From Planctomycetota bacterium (GTDB lineage: Bacteria; Planctomycetota; UBA8108; SXIK01), in NCBI GenBank assembly GCA_965223265.1, contig OZ244999.1:2592001-2656000 (forward strand): a stretch of 64,000 nucleotides of DNA, written 5' to 3'. Of the stretch, positions 32,843-43,743 are shown piece after piece. How positions within the stretch are numbered: the stretch's first letter is position 1; each line of letters begins with the position of its first letter. A program made the position numbers and the translations under genes. The notes beneath the pieces are model-generated. The model saw nothing but the letters and a program-made list of their open reading frames with translations, was not told where the DNA came from and ran no database searches.

Positions 32843-33301
32843 TTACGCCTTCCACACACGCCGAATGGCTAGTGGAATCAGCCACACGAACACGAGTCCG
32901 GACACCAGTGGCGGCACGACGAGAATCGCGCATAGGGTCGGTCCGAACCAGAGCGACAAGAAACCACGGATGCGCGCGTTCGAGGGTTCGTCCGGCGCGT
33001 AGAGTACTTCCACCGAACTACCGGCGGCATGGCTCGGCGGGTTGCTGGCCCAGCGCGAGATAACGCGCTGTGTGGCGCCGGATTCATCGGAGAACTCGAA
33101 GACGACGTAGTAGGACTCTGACCCGTTTGAATCGGCGCTCTTTTCAATCGCCGTGACGGTGCCTTGCGTCGTCTTCGACGTGGCCAGAAAAGAGCGCGTC
33201 AAGGCGAAGAACCAGACGCCCAGAGCCGCTGGAACGAGCGCCAACAGCAGGAGGATGCAGCCGATAATACGGGCGGGCAGTATGAATCCGTGAACGTTCA
33301 C
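32843..33301 (-). CDS. DUF3592 family membrane protein
   Basis: TM helix, TQGTVTAIE...YYVVFEF, GSSVEVLYAPDEPSNARI, second TM. Confidence 0.8.
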   Translation of the reverse strand: MNVHGFILPARIIGCILLLLALVPAALGVWFFALTRSFLATSKTTQGTVTAIEKSADSNGSESYYVVFEFSDESGATQRVISRWASNPPSHAAGSSVEVLYAPDEPSNARIRGFLSLWFGPTLCAILVVPPLVSGLVFVWLIPLAIRRVWKA

Positions 33302-33520
33302 AATTGAAGCCTAACTCTTTCGTCCTGTCGCCAAAATACTGTACCTTACGACCGACGCGCGTGAGTTGAGTTGGACTCGCCCGAGACGACGAGCCTATGT
33401 TTGAGGTGACGAGGTCGCCGCATAGGCAGAAAACATGATCGGGCGGCCGATGAAGGGTTGGCGAGGAGTGTTTTTGTGTCAAGGCATTCCATGCGAAAAC
33501 TCGGAGGAGAAGAGATCGAG

Positions 33521-34405
33521 ATGCCCATCCGAAGAGCGTCAATCGCGGACCCTGATGAGCGCATGGCCCGTTGGCGTCCAGAGGATTTTTCTGCCCGCGT
33601 CTCGGGTCGCCGACAGCGTTACGCGGCCGGTTCGCCGAGCGGCGCCGAAATCGAAGCTTACCGCGACGAGATGCGCGCGTCCTTGGACTCGAGCGGGGTT
33701 GCACGGGCTCTAGTCCTTGGTATGACGCCGGAGCTGCGACAACTCGCCGTCGACAGCGGCTCTGCGCTCACTAGTGTAGATCACTGTGAGGCGGCGATCG
33801 AGGCATACGGTGATTGGATTTCTCCAGAGGCGACGGAGAAGATTTTACGCCGCGAGTGGACCGAGATGGACGCTTCAACGCTTGGTCATTTCGGGGTCGT
33901 GTTCGGTGACGGTGTGTTCCCAAATCTCTTGTCACTCGCTCAACAGCAACGCGTGCTTCGATTGCTCGGTGACGTACTGGCGGATGGAGCACGCGGCATT
34001 TTTCGGCAACCGCTCTTGCCGGAGTCGGAGGTCATCCGCTCCCTGTCATTTGACCGCATTCTTGACGCCTATCGCCGCGGCGCGATGAGCGTGCCGGCAT
34101 TCGCCCTCACAGCTCGGTTGTGGGGGTTTGCGTCGACGCCGGGAGTCCTCGAGCGCGGCGTCCTCGACAACGCGCGCGTTTTTGAACTCATCGACGCCCG
34201 GCTCGCGGCAGGTGACATCACGCCGGCCGAGCATGAGTCCCTGCAGATTTTCAGCTACTCAGGCAAAAATCTCTTCTTGACCAGCTCTGAATGGGAGTCC
34301 GCCGTGCATTCCGAAGGTCTTTCATGCAGGCGTATCGAGCTGACAGGCGAGCCGTGGTACGCGTACTATCCTCTGTACGTGCTGGAGCGCGGCGATGCAG
34401 GATGA
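33521..34405 (+). CDS. Class I SAM-dependent methyltransferase-like protein
   Basis: ALVLGMTPELR (motif I variant), LTSVDH, FGVVFGDGVFPNL, LGDVLADGARGIFR. Start could be 33491. Confidence 0.65.
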   Translation: MPIRRASIADPDERMARWRPEDFSARVSGRRQRYAAGSPSGAEIEAYRDEMRASLDSSGVARALVLGMTPELRQLAVDSGSALTSVDHCEAAIEAYGDWISPEATEKILRREWTEMDASTLGHFGVVFGDGVFPNLLSLAQQQRVLRLLGDVLADGARGIFRQPLLPESEVIRSLSFDRILDAYRRGAMSVPAFALTARLWGFASTPGVLERGVLDNARVFELIDARLAAGDITPAEHESLQIFSYSGKNLFLTSSEWESAVHSEGLSCRRIELTGEPWYAYYPLYVLERGDAG

Positions 34406-35390
34406 TCCCGCCTACGCTGGGACACCGCTTTCAGACGCACCGAAGCCGTGGATGCGTTTCGCTGACAAGCTGGATCGTCTGCGCTACCGGATCGCGCGAC
34501 GATGGCCTCGAAACTCGCGTCGACGTCAGCACCTCGCGATCGTCGACTTCGACACTGCGCGCGTCACTTTTTCCGACCGTCACGCGCGCTGGATCAACGC
34601 GCGCAGTGAAAGATTCTCAGCTTGCGTTACCCAGCGTCCGGAACGTGCCGATGTCATTTGGGTGCACGTGCAGGATCCGATGTCAGCAGAGTCGCGCGCA
34701 CGGACGGATGCCGTCCTAGCGGAGAGCCGTGGCGTGCCGATCATCAACCAGCCGAACCGCTACAACTTCTACCATGAGCCGGGATCTTTTCAGAAGCTCG
34801 CAGCGGCGGGTGTCTCGGTCCCCGTCGAGATTCTTCCCGGCGACAACTACTCTGGGCTGGCGGTCTACAAGCAGGCGAACACCCAGGTCTCTCCGAAAAG
34901 CCTTGAGCCCTACGACGGCCCCAGAGAGGGCTACCGGGCTTTTTCGTACCTTGACTTCCGAGATGGCGATGGCGCTTTTCGTCGCTATCGCGTTTTTTAT
35001 CTTTGCGGTTGGATTCGAGCGAGCAAGCTGTTCGTTTCTCGGCACTGGAACGTGTCTGGCGGATCATGCGAGCGGCTCTTCTACGGATTTCACCTGACGC
35101 CGAAGATGCGAGACTCTGTGGGAAAGATCGCGGAGGTCAGCGGGCTCGATTTTTTCGCAGTCGACATGCTCGTTCGCGCCGAGGATGATGAGCCCTTCTT
35201 TGTCGATATCAATACGTACCCGCGGATCAATTCACTGCGTTCAACGCAAATCGCTGCAGGTGCGCTCGTGGTACCGCACACCTTCGACGCGCGTAGGGTT
35301 CTCGGGATGCCTGAGCCTGATGGGATCGATCCTGGAGTCGCTTTCGACTTGGCTGTGACCCGCTGGCGCGAGAAAGTCTTGGAAGGTTAG
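34395..35390 (+). CDS. ATP-grasp-fold protein (RimK-like)
   Basis: PIINQP...SFQKLAAAGVSVP; RRYRVFYL; GLDFFAVDML....FFVDINTYP; overlaps the upstream gene by 11 nt. Confidence 0.7.
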   Translation: MQDDPAYAGTPLSDAPKPWMRFADKLDRLRYRIARRWPRNSRRRQHLAIVDFDTARVTFSDRHARWINARSERFSACVTQRPERADVIWVHVQDPMSAESRARTDAVLAESRGVPIINQPNRYNFYHEPGSFQKLAAAGVSVPVEILPGDNYSGLAVYKQANTQVSPKSLEPYDGPREGYRAFSYLDFRDGDGAFRRYRVFYLCGWIRASKLFVSRHWNVSGGSCERLFYGFHLTPKMRDSVGKIAEVSGLDFFAVDMLVRAEDDEPFFVDINTYPRINSLRSTQIAAGALVVPHTFDARRVLGMPEPDGIDPGVAFDLAVTRWREKVLEG

Positions 35391-35475
35391 CACACCCGTC
35401 TCGTCTCCATCGGTGTTGGAGAAGGTGCTCCGGAAGCGCAGTCAAGTCTGACCGACGAGATTGATCACGATGAGG

Positions 35476-36306
35476 TCACTCCTCCTCAACGTCCTCTTCG
35501 AAATAGTATATGCCGAGCGCAGCGCGCTTGCGTCCGGTGCCGCGCACCCCGGGGGACGCGTCGCGGTCGTGGCGCGCCATCACAGCGTCGAGTTGCTCAA
35601 GCAACTTCTGGGCGTCCTGTGCCGCGAGGGCGCGTAGGCGTGTGACAAACTCCGCCGTGAGGTTGTCGTAGGCTACCTTGCGCTGAAAGAAGGCGTCGTC
35701 GCTTGTGTGAGTGAGGTTGTGGTCGATGGTAGCCACGAGCTCAGCGACGTCCTGTCCGAGCACTCCGAGTTTTTCTTCTTCGCCTGTGCGTGGTACGTAA
35801 GCGCGCGTCACGAGCTTGATGCGACCGTCTTTGAGTCGTTCGACAGCACCGACGCGGCTGAGCTCATCGAGGACAGCGCGAGCCGGCATGTCGCCACTGA
35901 AACTCCTCACGAGCTCGGCGAAGCTCTTTCGGTCGCCGTCGAACGGCAGTGAGGCCGGTGCGCCGCGACGATCTTGGAATCTTCGGGTCCTCACCCAACC
36001 AGAGATCACACGAGCGGCTCGATTGTAACGTTCCGTGTCGTCGGCTGTGGATTCGGTGTCCTGACTCAAGAGGCGCGCCACCTCCTTGCGCGTCAGGCCA
36101 GTCAAAATCGAAATGCGTGACTGTGATGGTTTTCTGCCAGGGACTGCAAAGTCGTCGCTTGCAACATCAACGTAGACTCTTTTGGCGTGCTCCATGAAAA
36201 CGCCGAAAGGCATGCTGTTGCGTAGCAGGATCCGGACTAGCGGACGCAGCAGCCTTTTGATCGCCTTGCCGAGAGCAGCGCGAACGTCCGCCTTCATACC
36301 AGCCAT
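35476..36306 (-). CDS. DUF6502 family protein (HTH-containing, probable DNA-binding)
   Basis: LLRPLVRILLR; SRISILTGLTRKEVARLL; NRAARVISGW; FAELVRSFSGDMPARAVLDEL; TIDHNL; FFQRKVAYDNL; LGIYYFEE. Confidence 0.85.
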   Translation of the reverse strand: MAGMKADVRAALGKAIKRLLRPLVRILLRNSMPFGVFMEHAKRVYVDVASDDFAVPGRKPSQSRISILTGLTRKEVARLLSQDTESTADDTERYNRAARVISGWVRTRRFQDRRGAPASLPFDGDRKSFAELVRSFSGDMPARAVLDELSRVGAVERLKDGRIKLVTRAYVPRTGEEEKLGVLGQDVAELVATIDHNLTHTSDDAFFQRKVAYDNLTAEFVTRLRALAAQDAQKLLEQLDAVMARHDRDASPGVRGTGRKRAALGIYYFEEDVEEE

Positions 36307-36423
36307 CCAAATTGGTCTGGAAGATCAAAGAAACCGCCGGCGCGCGGGTCCCCAGCCGCTCGACGCTCGCAGCGAACTCGTGGCGTGTGAGGCACTCGAC
36401 TGTTTGCCCGTAGACCCGAACGG

Positions 36424-37926
36424 CTACGAATCAAGCTCGAACTCCACCTCATCGGCTTGATCGATCGACGCGTTGTCATCATCTTCGTCGTCCGAGACCT
36501 TGACGAGATCGCCTACCCGGATGCGCGAGAAGAACGCGTCGGCGCCGATCTCCGTGTCGCTTTCGTCCTGAAACTCCGTCGTTGCGTCGGTCGGGACCGT
36601 TTGCCCGAGAATCGTCACCGTCCGAGCGGCCACGTCAAAAGTCTCGACGCGCCCCTGCAATTCGACGTCGTCGCTATCCTCTCGGCGTCGCAGCGTTGTG
36701 GCGATGACGCTGCCATCATGACCAAGGAATCCGCGCACCTCAAGATAGTCTCCGGGACTTAGGCTGCCGACGGAAAGTTGCTGGTCATCGTCAATCTCAT
36801 CGTCCGTCTGTGTGCCAGCATCGACTGTGACGGTCACGCCCAAGAGTGTGAACCGACTCGTCGATGCATCAATGCTTGCCTCGGTGTCGATCTCCGCGGC
36901 AAGGCGTATCTCAGACTGCCGCAGTTCGAGTTCACGGGCTACGAGGACGCCGCTGTTGAGTCGACCCTCGACCTGCACGCGCACGCCAGCCCGAAAGAGC
37001 GTTGGGTCGTTAGGGCGCAGTGTCGCGCTGGAAGCGTCGACGGCTTGCCCACCGATCGAGAACTCCCCGAGGCTCTGAAACGTGGTGATGAATCCCTCGA
37101 TCTCGACGTCGTCACCCTCGACCGAGACGCCGCCGATCGTCACATTCTCGTTTTCAAGCTCGATGCGCGAAGCCGAGACGTCGCCCGCGGCATCGAGGAT
37201 TCCTTCAACTTCGACGAAAAGTCCGTTGGCGACGCCCGAGGGCAGATCGGTCAGATCGGTCGACACACCGGTCGGATCGAAGCGAATGACGATGCCGGCG
37301 AGGCGGAATTGGTCGACACCGTCGAAGTCTGACACGCTGCCTTTGATCTCGACGGGGGTTCCTGCGGGCGAAACGACGCCAGTTTTTTCGATTCGACTAG
37401 CGCGTAGCCTGCCACTTTCGTCGGTCAGGCCGCTCACTTTGACGACGTCGTCGACAGAAACCGACGCGAAAGCAAATCCTGCACCACTCGAGGCGAACAC
37501 GGTAGAGTCTTCGTCGACCACCACGATCGTTCCCAGCACGCTCAACTCCTTCACCCGACCGTCGCCCGGTAGAAGTGTCACCTGCGACACTGGGCCTTCG
37601 ATATCGTCGTCGTACTCTACGTCGCTAGCGACGCCGCGTGAGGTGTTGTCATCCACAGAGCCGCGGACGGTGACGACCATGCCGAGGGCGAGATCTCCGT
37701 CGCTTCCGGGCGCGTCGTCGATGCTGACCGCGGCGCCCTCCGTCTCCCATTCGACGCCGCCGACAAAAATGCTCCCGAAACCGGTGATCGGACCGCGCAC
37801 AACCGTGACGCCGGAACCGGTGCCACCGATGCCGCCGCTGGCGATAGGGCCTGGGCTGCTACCGCCGCCGCTACTACAGGCTAAGGGCAGCGAGCTCAGC
37901 ACGAGCAAAATGACGATGGAACGCAT
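36424..37926 (-). CDS. DUF5666 repeat lipoprotein
   Basis: Lipobox LPLAC; GGIGGTG...GPITGFGSIFVGGV; repeated OB-like units (LALGMVVTVRG, GLFVEVEG, GVRVQVEG, GDYLEVRG). Confidence 0.88.
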   Translation of the reverse strand: MRSIVILLVLSSLPLACSSGGGSSPGPIASGGIGGTGSGVTVVRGPITGFGSIFVGGVEWETEGAAVSIDDAPGSDGDLALGMVVTVRGSVDDNTSRGVASDVEYDDDIEGPVSQVTLLPGDGRVKELSVLGTIVVVDEDSTVFASSGAGFAFASVSVDDVVKVSGLTDESGRLRASRIEKTGVVSPAGTPVEIKGSVSDFDGVDQFRLAGIVIRFDPTGVSTDLTDLPSGVANGLFVEVEGILDAAGDVSASRIELENENVTIGGVSVEGDDVEIEGFITTFQSLGEFSIGGQAVDASSATLRPNDPTLFRAGVRVQVEGRLNSGVLVARELELRQSEIRLAAEIDTEASIDASTSRFTLLGVTVTVDAGTQTDDEIDDDQQLSVGSLSPGDYLEVRGFLGHDGSVIATTLRRREDSDDVELQGRVETFDVAARTVTILGQTVPTDATTEFQDESDTEIGADAFFSRIRVGDLVKVSDDEDDDNASIDQADEVEFELDS

Positions 37927-37960
37927 ACACACCTGCGTCGACGAGGACTTGGGGCCGTTC

Positions 37961-37984
37961 AATTTGGGAATATTATCCCATTTG
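37961..37984. promoter_or_regulatory. Candidate operator palindrome TGGGA-N6-TCCCA upstream of the DUF5666-DUF6502 operon
   Basis: AATTTGGGAATATTATCCCATTTG is an AT-rich inverted repeat 39-54 nt upstream of ATG 37926 in a GC-rich background. Confidence 0.5.
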
Positions 37985-38083
37985 ATGGCTCGCGGGTCAA
38001 CCCGGCCGGCGATCGATCGAGCTGGTTGGGTGTCGCGATGTATGCGCTCCGTTCTCTGATGAGGCTGAGTCAGAGCCGGAACG

Positions 38084-39133
<1,050 letters not shown>

Positions 39134-39266
39134 GAAGGACTTTCTCCGTGAAGAATCTGCTGAAGTGCACCCTGCGCGCCGTTCGGGGCAGTCGGTCGGA
39201 CGCAAGCGGTCATTGTAGTCATGATCCGGAGACATGGAAGCCCCGAGGGGGGCTTTCGCGCCTGCG

Positions 39267-40250
39267 TTAGAAGAACGGAAATAGAGAGCGCAATTCCTGC
39301 GCCGACGGTTGCCGGCCGTACTCGCACAACTCGAACGCCTCGGCATGCTGAATCGCCGTGGCAGCGCTCGCTCCGTAGAGCTCGCTGAGAATCGTGCGGT
39401 GTTTTTCGGCTGTGTCGGCGAATCTCCGCGCGAAATACGATCGTACTTGCTGGTGGCGATTCTTCTTGCCCTGCTCGTCGGCCGGAATGAGTCCTGCGTT
39501 TCCGGTAGCGCCGCCCTCGAAGAATTGCGACACCATCACGCCGAGGGCGTCGAGCTTGACTTCGATGACGTCGTCGATGGCGATCGCCACATCGGCTTCG
39601 AACGGATTCGGCTTGAGAAAGCGATCTGAATAATACATGAAGACTGGATTTCGCGTCAGGTTGGGTTCGTCGGGACAGAAAAACGGCACCGTGACCATGT
39701 ACGCTGCATCTTGCACAAGAATGCCGGCGTAGCGGTGGTCGGGGTGGTAGTCGTTGGGTCGATGGGTCAGGACGACGTCAGCTTTCCACTGCCGAATGAG
39801 GCGTGTGACCATGCGGCGGTTCTCGAGCGTCGGGAGTAGCTCGCCGTCGTGGATGTCGAGGACCTCCGTGGTGATTCCGAGCAGTTTGGCCGCCTCGGTA
39901 ACCTCTTTGGCGCGACGTCGAGCGAGCGGGCCTCCGGCGCTCTGCCAGTGCCCGATATCGCCGTTGGTCAGTGCGACGAACTTGACGTGATGTCCCTGGC
40001 GGGCCCATTTGGCCGCCACGCCACCGGCCTTGATTTCGCAATCGTCCGGATGCGCGCCAAACGCGATGATTCTGAGCTTGCCATCGGTCGCAGCCAATGC
40101 GGGTGCGGCCAAGCGCGGAACGACAGCCGTCGGCTCGCCCGCAGTCGCATCGACCAAAAGTTGGCGTCGGTGATCGTGGAGAAACCACCCAGCCACGACG
40201 CCGACGAAAACCAAGAAAACGGTTGTGACGCGTGTGTGGGAATGACGCAT
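39267..40250 (-). CDS. PIG-L/LmbE family deacetylase, exported
   Basis: [10 protein letters not shown]; LTNGDIG; [11 protein letters not shown]; HAEAFE; N-terminal hydrophobic segment. Confidence 0.88.
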   Translation of the reverse strand: MRHSHTRVTTVFLVFVGVVAGWFLHDHRRQLLVDATAGEPTAVVPRLAAPALAATDGKLRIIAFGAHPDDCEIKAGGVAAKWARQGHHVKFVALTNGDIGHWQSAGGPLARRRAKEVTEAAKLLGITTEVLDIHDGELLPTLENRRMVTRLIRQWKADVVLTHRPNDYHPDHRYAGILVQDAAYMVTVPFFCPDEPNLTRNPVFMYYSDRFLKPNPFEADVAIAIDDVIEVKLDALGVMVSQFFEGGATGNAGLIPADEQGKKNRHQQVRSYFARRFADTAEKHRTILSELYGASAATAIQHAEAFELCEYGRQPSAQELRSLFPFF

Positions 40251-40838
40251 GGCTCCAGTCTCCAAGCTAGTTGAAGGAGGTGATGGGATGACTCCAACGT
40301 ACCGTAGCCTTGCAGTCGGCAGTCGAAGCAGCTTCGCTGCGACGTTGATGCTGCTGCGCTGGGGCGCGGAGTTGGAGTTGGAACGGACCAAGAGACGCTT
40401 CAGTCTAATCGTCCGCTGTGTCTCAGGGCGAGCCGGATTCGATACCAAAAACCTGGGACGCGCGCGGCGTATCACTGGGTGCTCGTCTGCTGCCGCGCGA
40501 TGGCCGCGCGATTCGCGGCGTCAGATTGGCTCCCTTTGTTTCGCCGCTGCCTTCGGTGCAAGACTTTTCGAGCACCCGATCGCACGTCAGGGCGGGAATC
40601 GAAGCAGAGGACAGAGAGAACGAAGGGCTGAGACGCCGTCGCTGCCATGCGGCGTCGCGCCTGCTAGGACCAGCTCTCACCGGGGCCGCTTGGTGTCGCT
40701 AAGCCTTGCCGAAGAGGGGAAATGCGAGACGAGGACCTGAACTCTGAATCCTTTTGCATCTTCGAGGGCTCCTGACCTACGATGATTCGCGACGTCAGAC
40801 TCGGTTGATTTGTAATCTTCCTGTGATCGAGGCCGACC

Positions 40839-41975
40839 ATGCACCGCTCGTCGCGACGCGCGTTTCTCCAGCGCAGTTCGTCCGCAATCTTGGCCGCCGG
40901 ACTTGGTGGGGCGTCGCCCCTGCTCGGGCTGCGTGAGGCGATTGCCGCCGACGATCGACCGCCGAACATGATCCGCGAGTTCTCGCGCGGGGGCATGCGG
41001 TATCGGCGCTTGGGCACGACTGATGTGTTCGTCTCCCAGTTGTCGTTCGGTTCGCACACCGACCCCGCGTTCAAGGTCACCGGCGGTGGTCTCAGCTCAG
41101 AAGGACAGAAGCGCCGCGACAGGCAGATCGCGCGGGCGATGGACCTTGGGGTCAACATGGTTGACACCTACGAGAACGCTCGCCAGTGGGAGCCCATGGC
41201 CCGCCTCATCAAGCCAAAGCGTGACAAGGTCCTGGTGTCGCTCTGTCGCCAGTTTCCGAATTTTGTCGGCAACAACATCGATCAAGGCGCGAGACTCTTT
41301 GGACACGTTGATCTGTACAGGATCTATGTGGGCGATGCGGCAGCCGTGGATGGTCGGATTCTGGAAGACTGGGATGTCATGCGCAAGGCGAAGAAGGCTG
41401 GAAAGGTCCGCGCGATCGGCATCTCGACTCATAGCGAGCAGATGATGGTGAGTGCCCTCAACGAACTCGAGGGCCTTGACTACATCATGTTTCCCTACAA
41501 TTTCATTCACGCGCGCGCCGACTACACACAAGCCTTACCCCTCGCTATCCGAAAGAACGTCGGCTTGATCGCGATCAAACCCTTGGCAGCCGGCTCCATC
41601 GTTCGTCTCGACCCCAATGCGAATCCTGGGTCTGTTCCCGAGGGTGACCAGGCTCGACTCTACAAGGGTCGCAACAAATCGCTTCTGCCGGCAGTGGTTT
41701 CCAAGCTTGTCAAGGGACTTGATCAACTGCCGGGTGAGACACTTTGTCAAGCTGCCTTGCGGTTCGTGTATTCGCGGCCTTTCATCACCTCGGCGATGCC
41801 AGGGATGTTTCAGGATCACGAGGTCGAGGAAAACTACGGTGCTCTCAAGCGTGACAAGACGCTGGGTCGCGCCGAGAGGTCTGTCCTCGACGCTGCTGGG
41901 GCGCTGGCGAAACTTCAGGGCAGCGAGTGGTTGCCGAGCCACTACAGGTGGCTGGATGAGCGATGGCTCGCCTAG
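40839..41975 (+). CDS. Tat-exported aldo/keto reductase family protein
   Basis: SRRAFL Tat signal; MRYRRLGTTDVFVSQLSFG; GVNMVDT; GKVRAIGISTH; MFPYNF; IAIKPLAAG. Confidence 0.88.
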   Translation: MHRSSRRAFLQRSSSAILAAGLGGASPLLGLREAIAADDRPPNMIREFSRGGMRYRRLGTTDVFVSQLSFGSHTDPAFKVTGGGLSSEGQKRRDRQIARAMDLGVNMVDTYENARQWEPMARLIKPKRDKVLVSLCRQFPNFVGNNIDQGARLFGHVDLYRIYVGDAAAVDGRILEDWDVMRKAKKAGKVRAIGISTHSEQMMVSALNELEGLDYIMFPYNFIHARADYTQALPLAIRKNVGLIAIKPLAAGSIVRLDPNANPGSVPEGDQARLYKGRNKSLLPAVVSKLVKGLDQLPGETLCQAALRFVYSRPFITSAMPGMFQDHEVEENYGALKRDKTLGRAERSVLDAAGALAKLQGSEWLPSHYRWLDERWLA

Positions 41976-42139
41976 CAGCCCGTTGAAAAAGTCATTCGGC
42001 CGAAGAAACTGGCCTCTTCACGCCCAGCTCGACCGCGTCAATACTCGAAAATCCCGAAGATTGCCTCCGTTTGCCGCAGCCGATCTGGACGCGAAGAGAC
42101 CAGTTTTCGGCTCGAAGCACTTTTTCAACAGGCTGCTAG
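41972..42139. mobile_element. MITE-like element, copy 2 (intact, flanked by CTAG...CTAG)
   Basis: CTAGCAGCCCGTTGAAAAAGT ... ACTTTTTCAACAGGCTGCTAG; body nearly identical to copy 1. Confidence 0.88.
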
Positions 42140-42159
42140 CTTCGGTCCCGGGCGCGTTC

Positions 42160-43743
42160 ATGTTCTTCGCTTTGTTGGGGACCGCCTGTTCTCGGGTTCC
42201 ACCGCCAGCGCCCGCGGCTGTTGAGACGACTGCCGCCGATGCCGAGGCGGTGAATCGTGAGCAGGTCGAAGCGGCACCGGCGAACGTTTCGCCCGGTGCA
42301 GAGTTGGTGCCTCAGCTGGCCGCGAATCAGATCGACGCTGCTGGCTCGTCGCAGCCTGGAACGAACGCACCACCGATCCGCCAGGCACTCGCGTCGAGTG
42401 AGCACGCCCCGGAGTTTGAAGAAGCCGGTGTTTGCTCCCGCTGTCATGTCGTCTCCGTCCTTGAGTGGGATGTTTCGGCCCACGTCGAAGCTGGTACCAC
42501 CTGTCAGGAGTGCCACGGCGAGAGCTCTGAACATGTTGCCAACGAACGCAACGAGGTGAAGCCGGACCGACTGCCTCGAGGCGCTGAAATCGCTGCGCTC
42601 TGCACGGCGGAGTGCCACGACGACGGCTGTCCCGAGACGCTGAAGTTTGTTACGTGTGAGGAGTGTCATCATGTACATGCGCTCGTCGATCCGACGCAGA
42701 CGGAGCTGTCGAAAGACGAGCAACTGAAGAGCCTTTTTGAGCGCTGGCAGAACTTTCGCGCCACGATCGAACGCGGAGACAGCCTTATGGGTGGCGAAAA
42801 CTGGGCTCAAGCTCGGGCCGCGTTCGAGGAGGCGCTGGAGATGATTCCCGAAAGTGCGGCTGCGCGAGAGCGCCTGGGAGCATCTTTGCGGCGTCTGGCT
42901 CCTGAGATCCCTGGATTCGTGCTGGCTGGAGACGAGTACCACGCCTCGACCGGTTTGCCGCGGAAGGTTTCAGTCGCAGCACTTGATGTTGCCATGGTTC
43001 TCGTGCCGCCCGGGAGCTTCGACATGGGGGCGGACGATCTGTCGCAGTCGCAGCCGGCACACACGGTGCGTGTGGAGCCGTTTTACCTTTCCGTTACCGA
43101 GGTGACGCAGGCGACCTGGAAGCGCGTTATGGGTTCGAACCCCAGTTTTCATCAAGGCAGCGAGTTTCCAGACGCGGACACGATGCCCGTCGACAGCGTC
43201 TCATGGGAGGATTGCCAAGTTTTTCTCGACAAGGTGAACAGCATGGTGTCAGGCGGGGGTTTTCGTCTGCCGACGGAGGCCGAGTGGGAATACGCGTGTC
43301 GCTTGGGCGGCCGAGGCGAAGCGACAGCCGAGCTAAGTCAGCTCGCATGGTTTCGACCGCAGCCTAGCGCTGCCGACTTAACCGGCGATCGTTTTCGAAA
43401 GATCGAAACGTACTCGACGCGCGTCGTTGCTTCGCTGCAGGCGAACGCCTGGGGCCTGCATGACATGCAGGGGAACGTCTGGGAATGGTGCTCCAGTTTA
43501 GCTTGGCCGTATCTCTTCGATGCGAATGATGGTCGCGAGTCCCCAACCTCTGCAGGTCTTCGAGTCGTTCGTGGTGGTTCGTACGCAGACGGCGCCGACA
43601 TTCTTCGCCCGGAGATGCGTCATGCTGAAAGACCACATCGGCGGTATCGCTGGAACGGCTTGCGTGTGGCACGAAGCGTGCCGCAGCCGAGCGGTCGCGG
43701 ATCTGCCGAAGCTGTTACGCCACAGACAGTGTCAGAGAAGTAA
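42160..43743 (+). CDS. Lipoprotein: multiheme cytochrome c domain, TPR-like helix, FGE/SUMF1-like domain (original start at 41963 separated by the MITE)
   Basis: Lipobox LGTAC; CSRCH, CQECH, CTAECH, CEECH; MVLVPPGSFDMG, TEVTQATW, FRLPTEAEWEYACR, NAWGLHDMQGNVWEWC, RVVRGGSY. Confidence 0.82.
   Translation: MFFALLGTACSRVPPPAPAAVETTAADAEAVNREQVEAAPANVSPGAELVPQLAANQIDAAGSSQPGTNAPPIRQALASSEHAPEFEEAGVCSRCHVVSVLEWDVSAHVEAGTTCQECHGESSEHVANERNEVKPDRLPRGAEIAALCTAECHDDGCPETLKFVTCEECHHVHALVDPTQTELSKDEQLKSLFERWQNFRATIERGDSLMGGENWAQARAAFEEALEMIPESAAARERLGASLRRLAPEIPGFVLAGDEYHASTGLPRKVSVAALDVAMVLVPPGSFDMGADDLSQSQPAHTVRVEPFYLSVTEVTQATWKRVMGSNPSFHQGSEFPDADTMPVDSVSWEDCQVFLDKVNSMVSGGGFRLPTEAEWEYACRLGGRGEATAELSQLAWFRPQPSAADLTGDRFRKIETYSTRVVASLQANAWGLHDMQGNVWEWCSSLAWPYLFDANDGRESPTSAGLRVVRGGSYADGADILRPEMRHAERPHRRYRWNGLRVARSVPQPSGRGSAEAVTPQTVSEK

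Noticed and set aside
33521-35390. RiPP (graspetide) cluster interpretation of the ATP-grasp plus methyltransferase pair
   Set aside because: No precursor peptide, transporter or protease is nearby, and the ATP-grasp lacks motifs I would recognise as graspetide-type.
41617-41955. ORF-track N-terminal extension of the cytochrome/FGE gene (708 aa)
   Set aside because: It overlaps the aldo/keto reductase in another frame and exists only because the MITE happens to be open in that frame.
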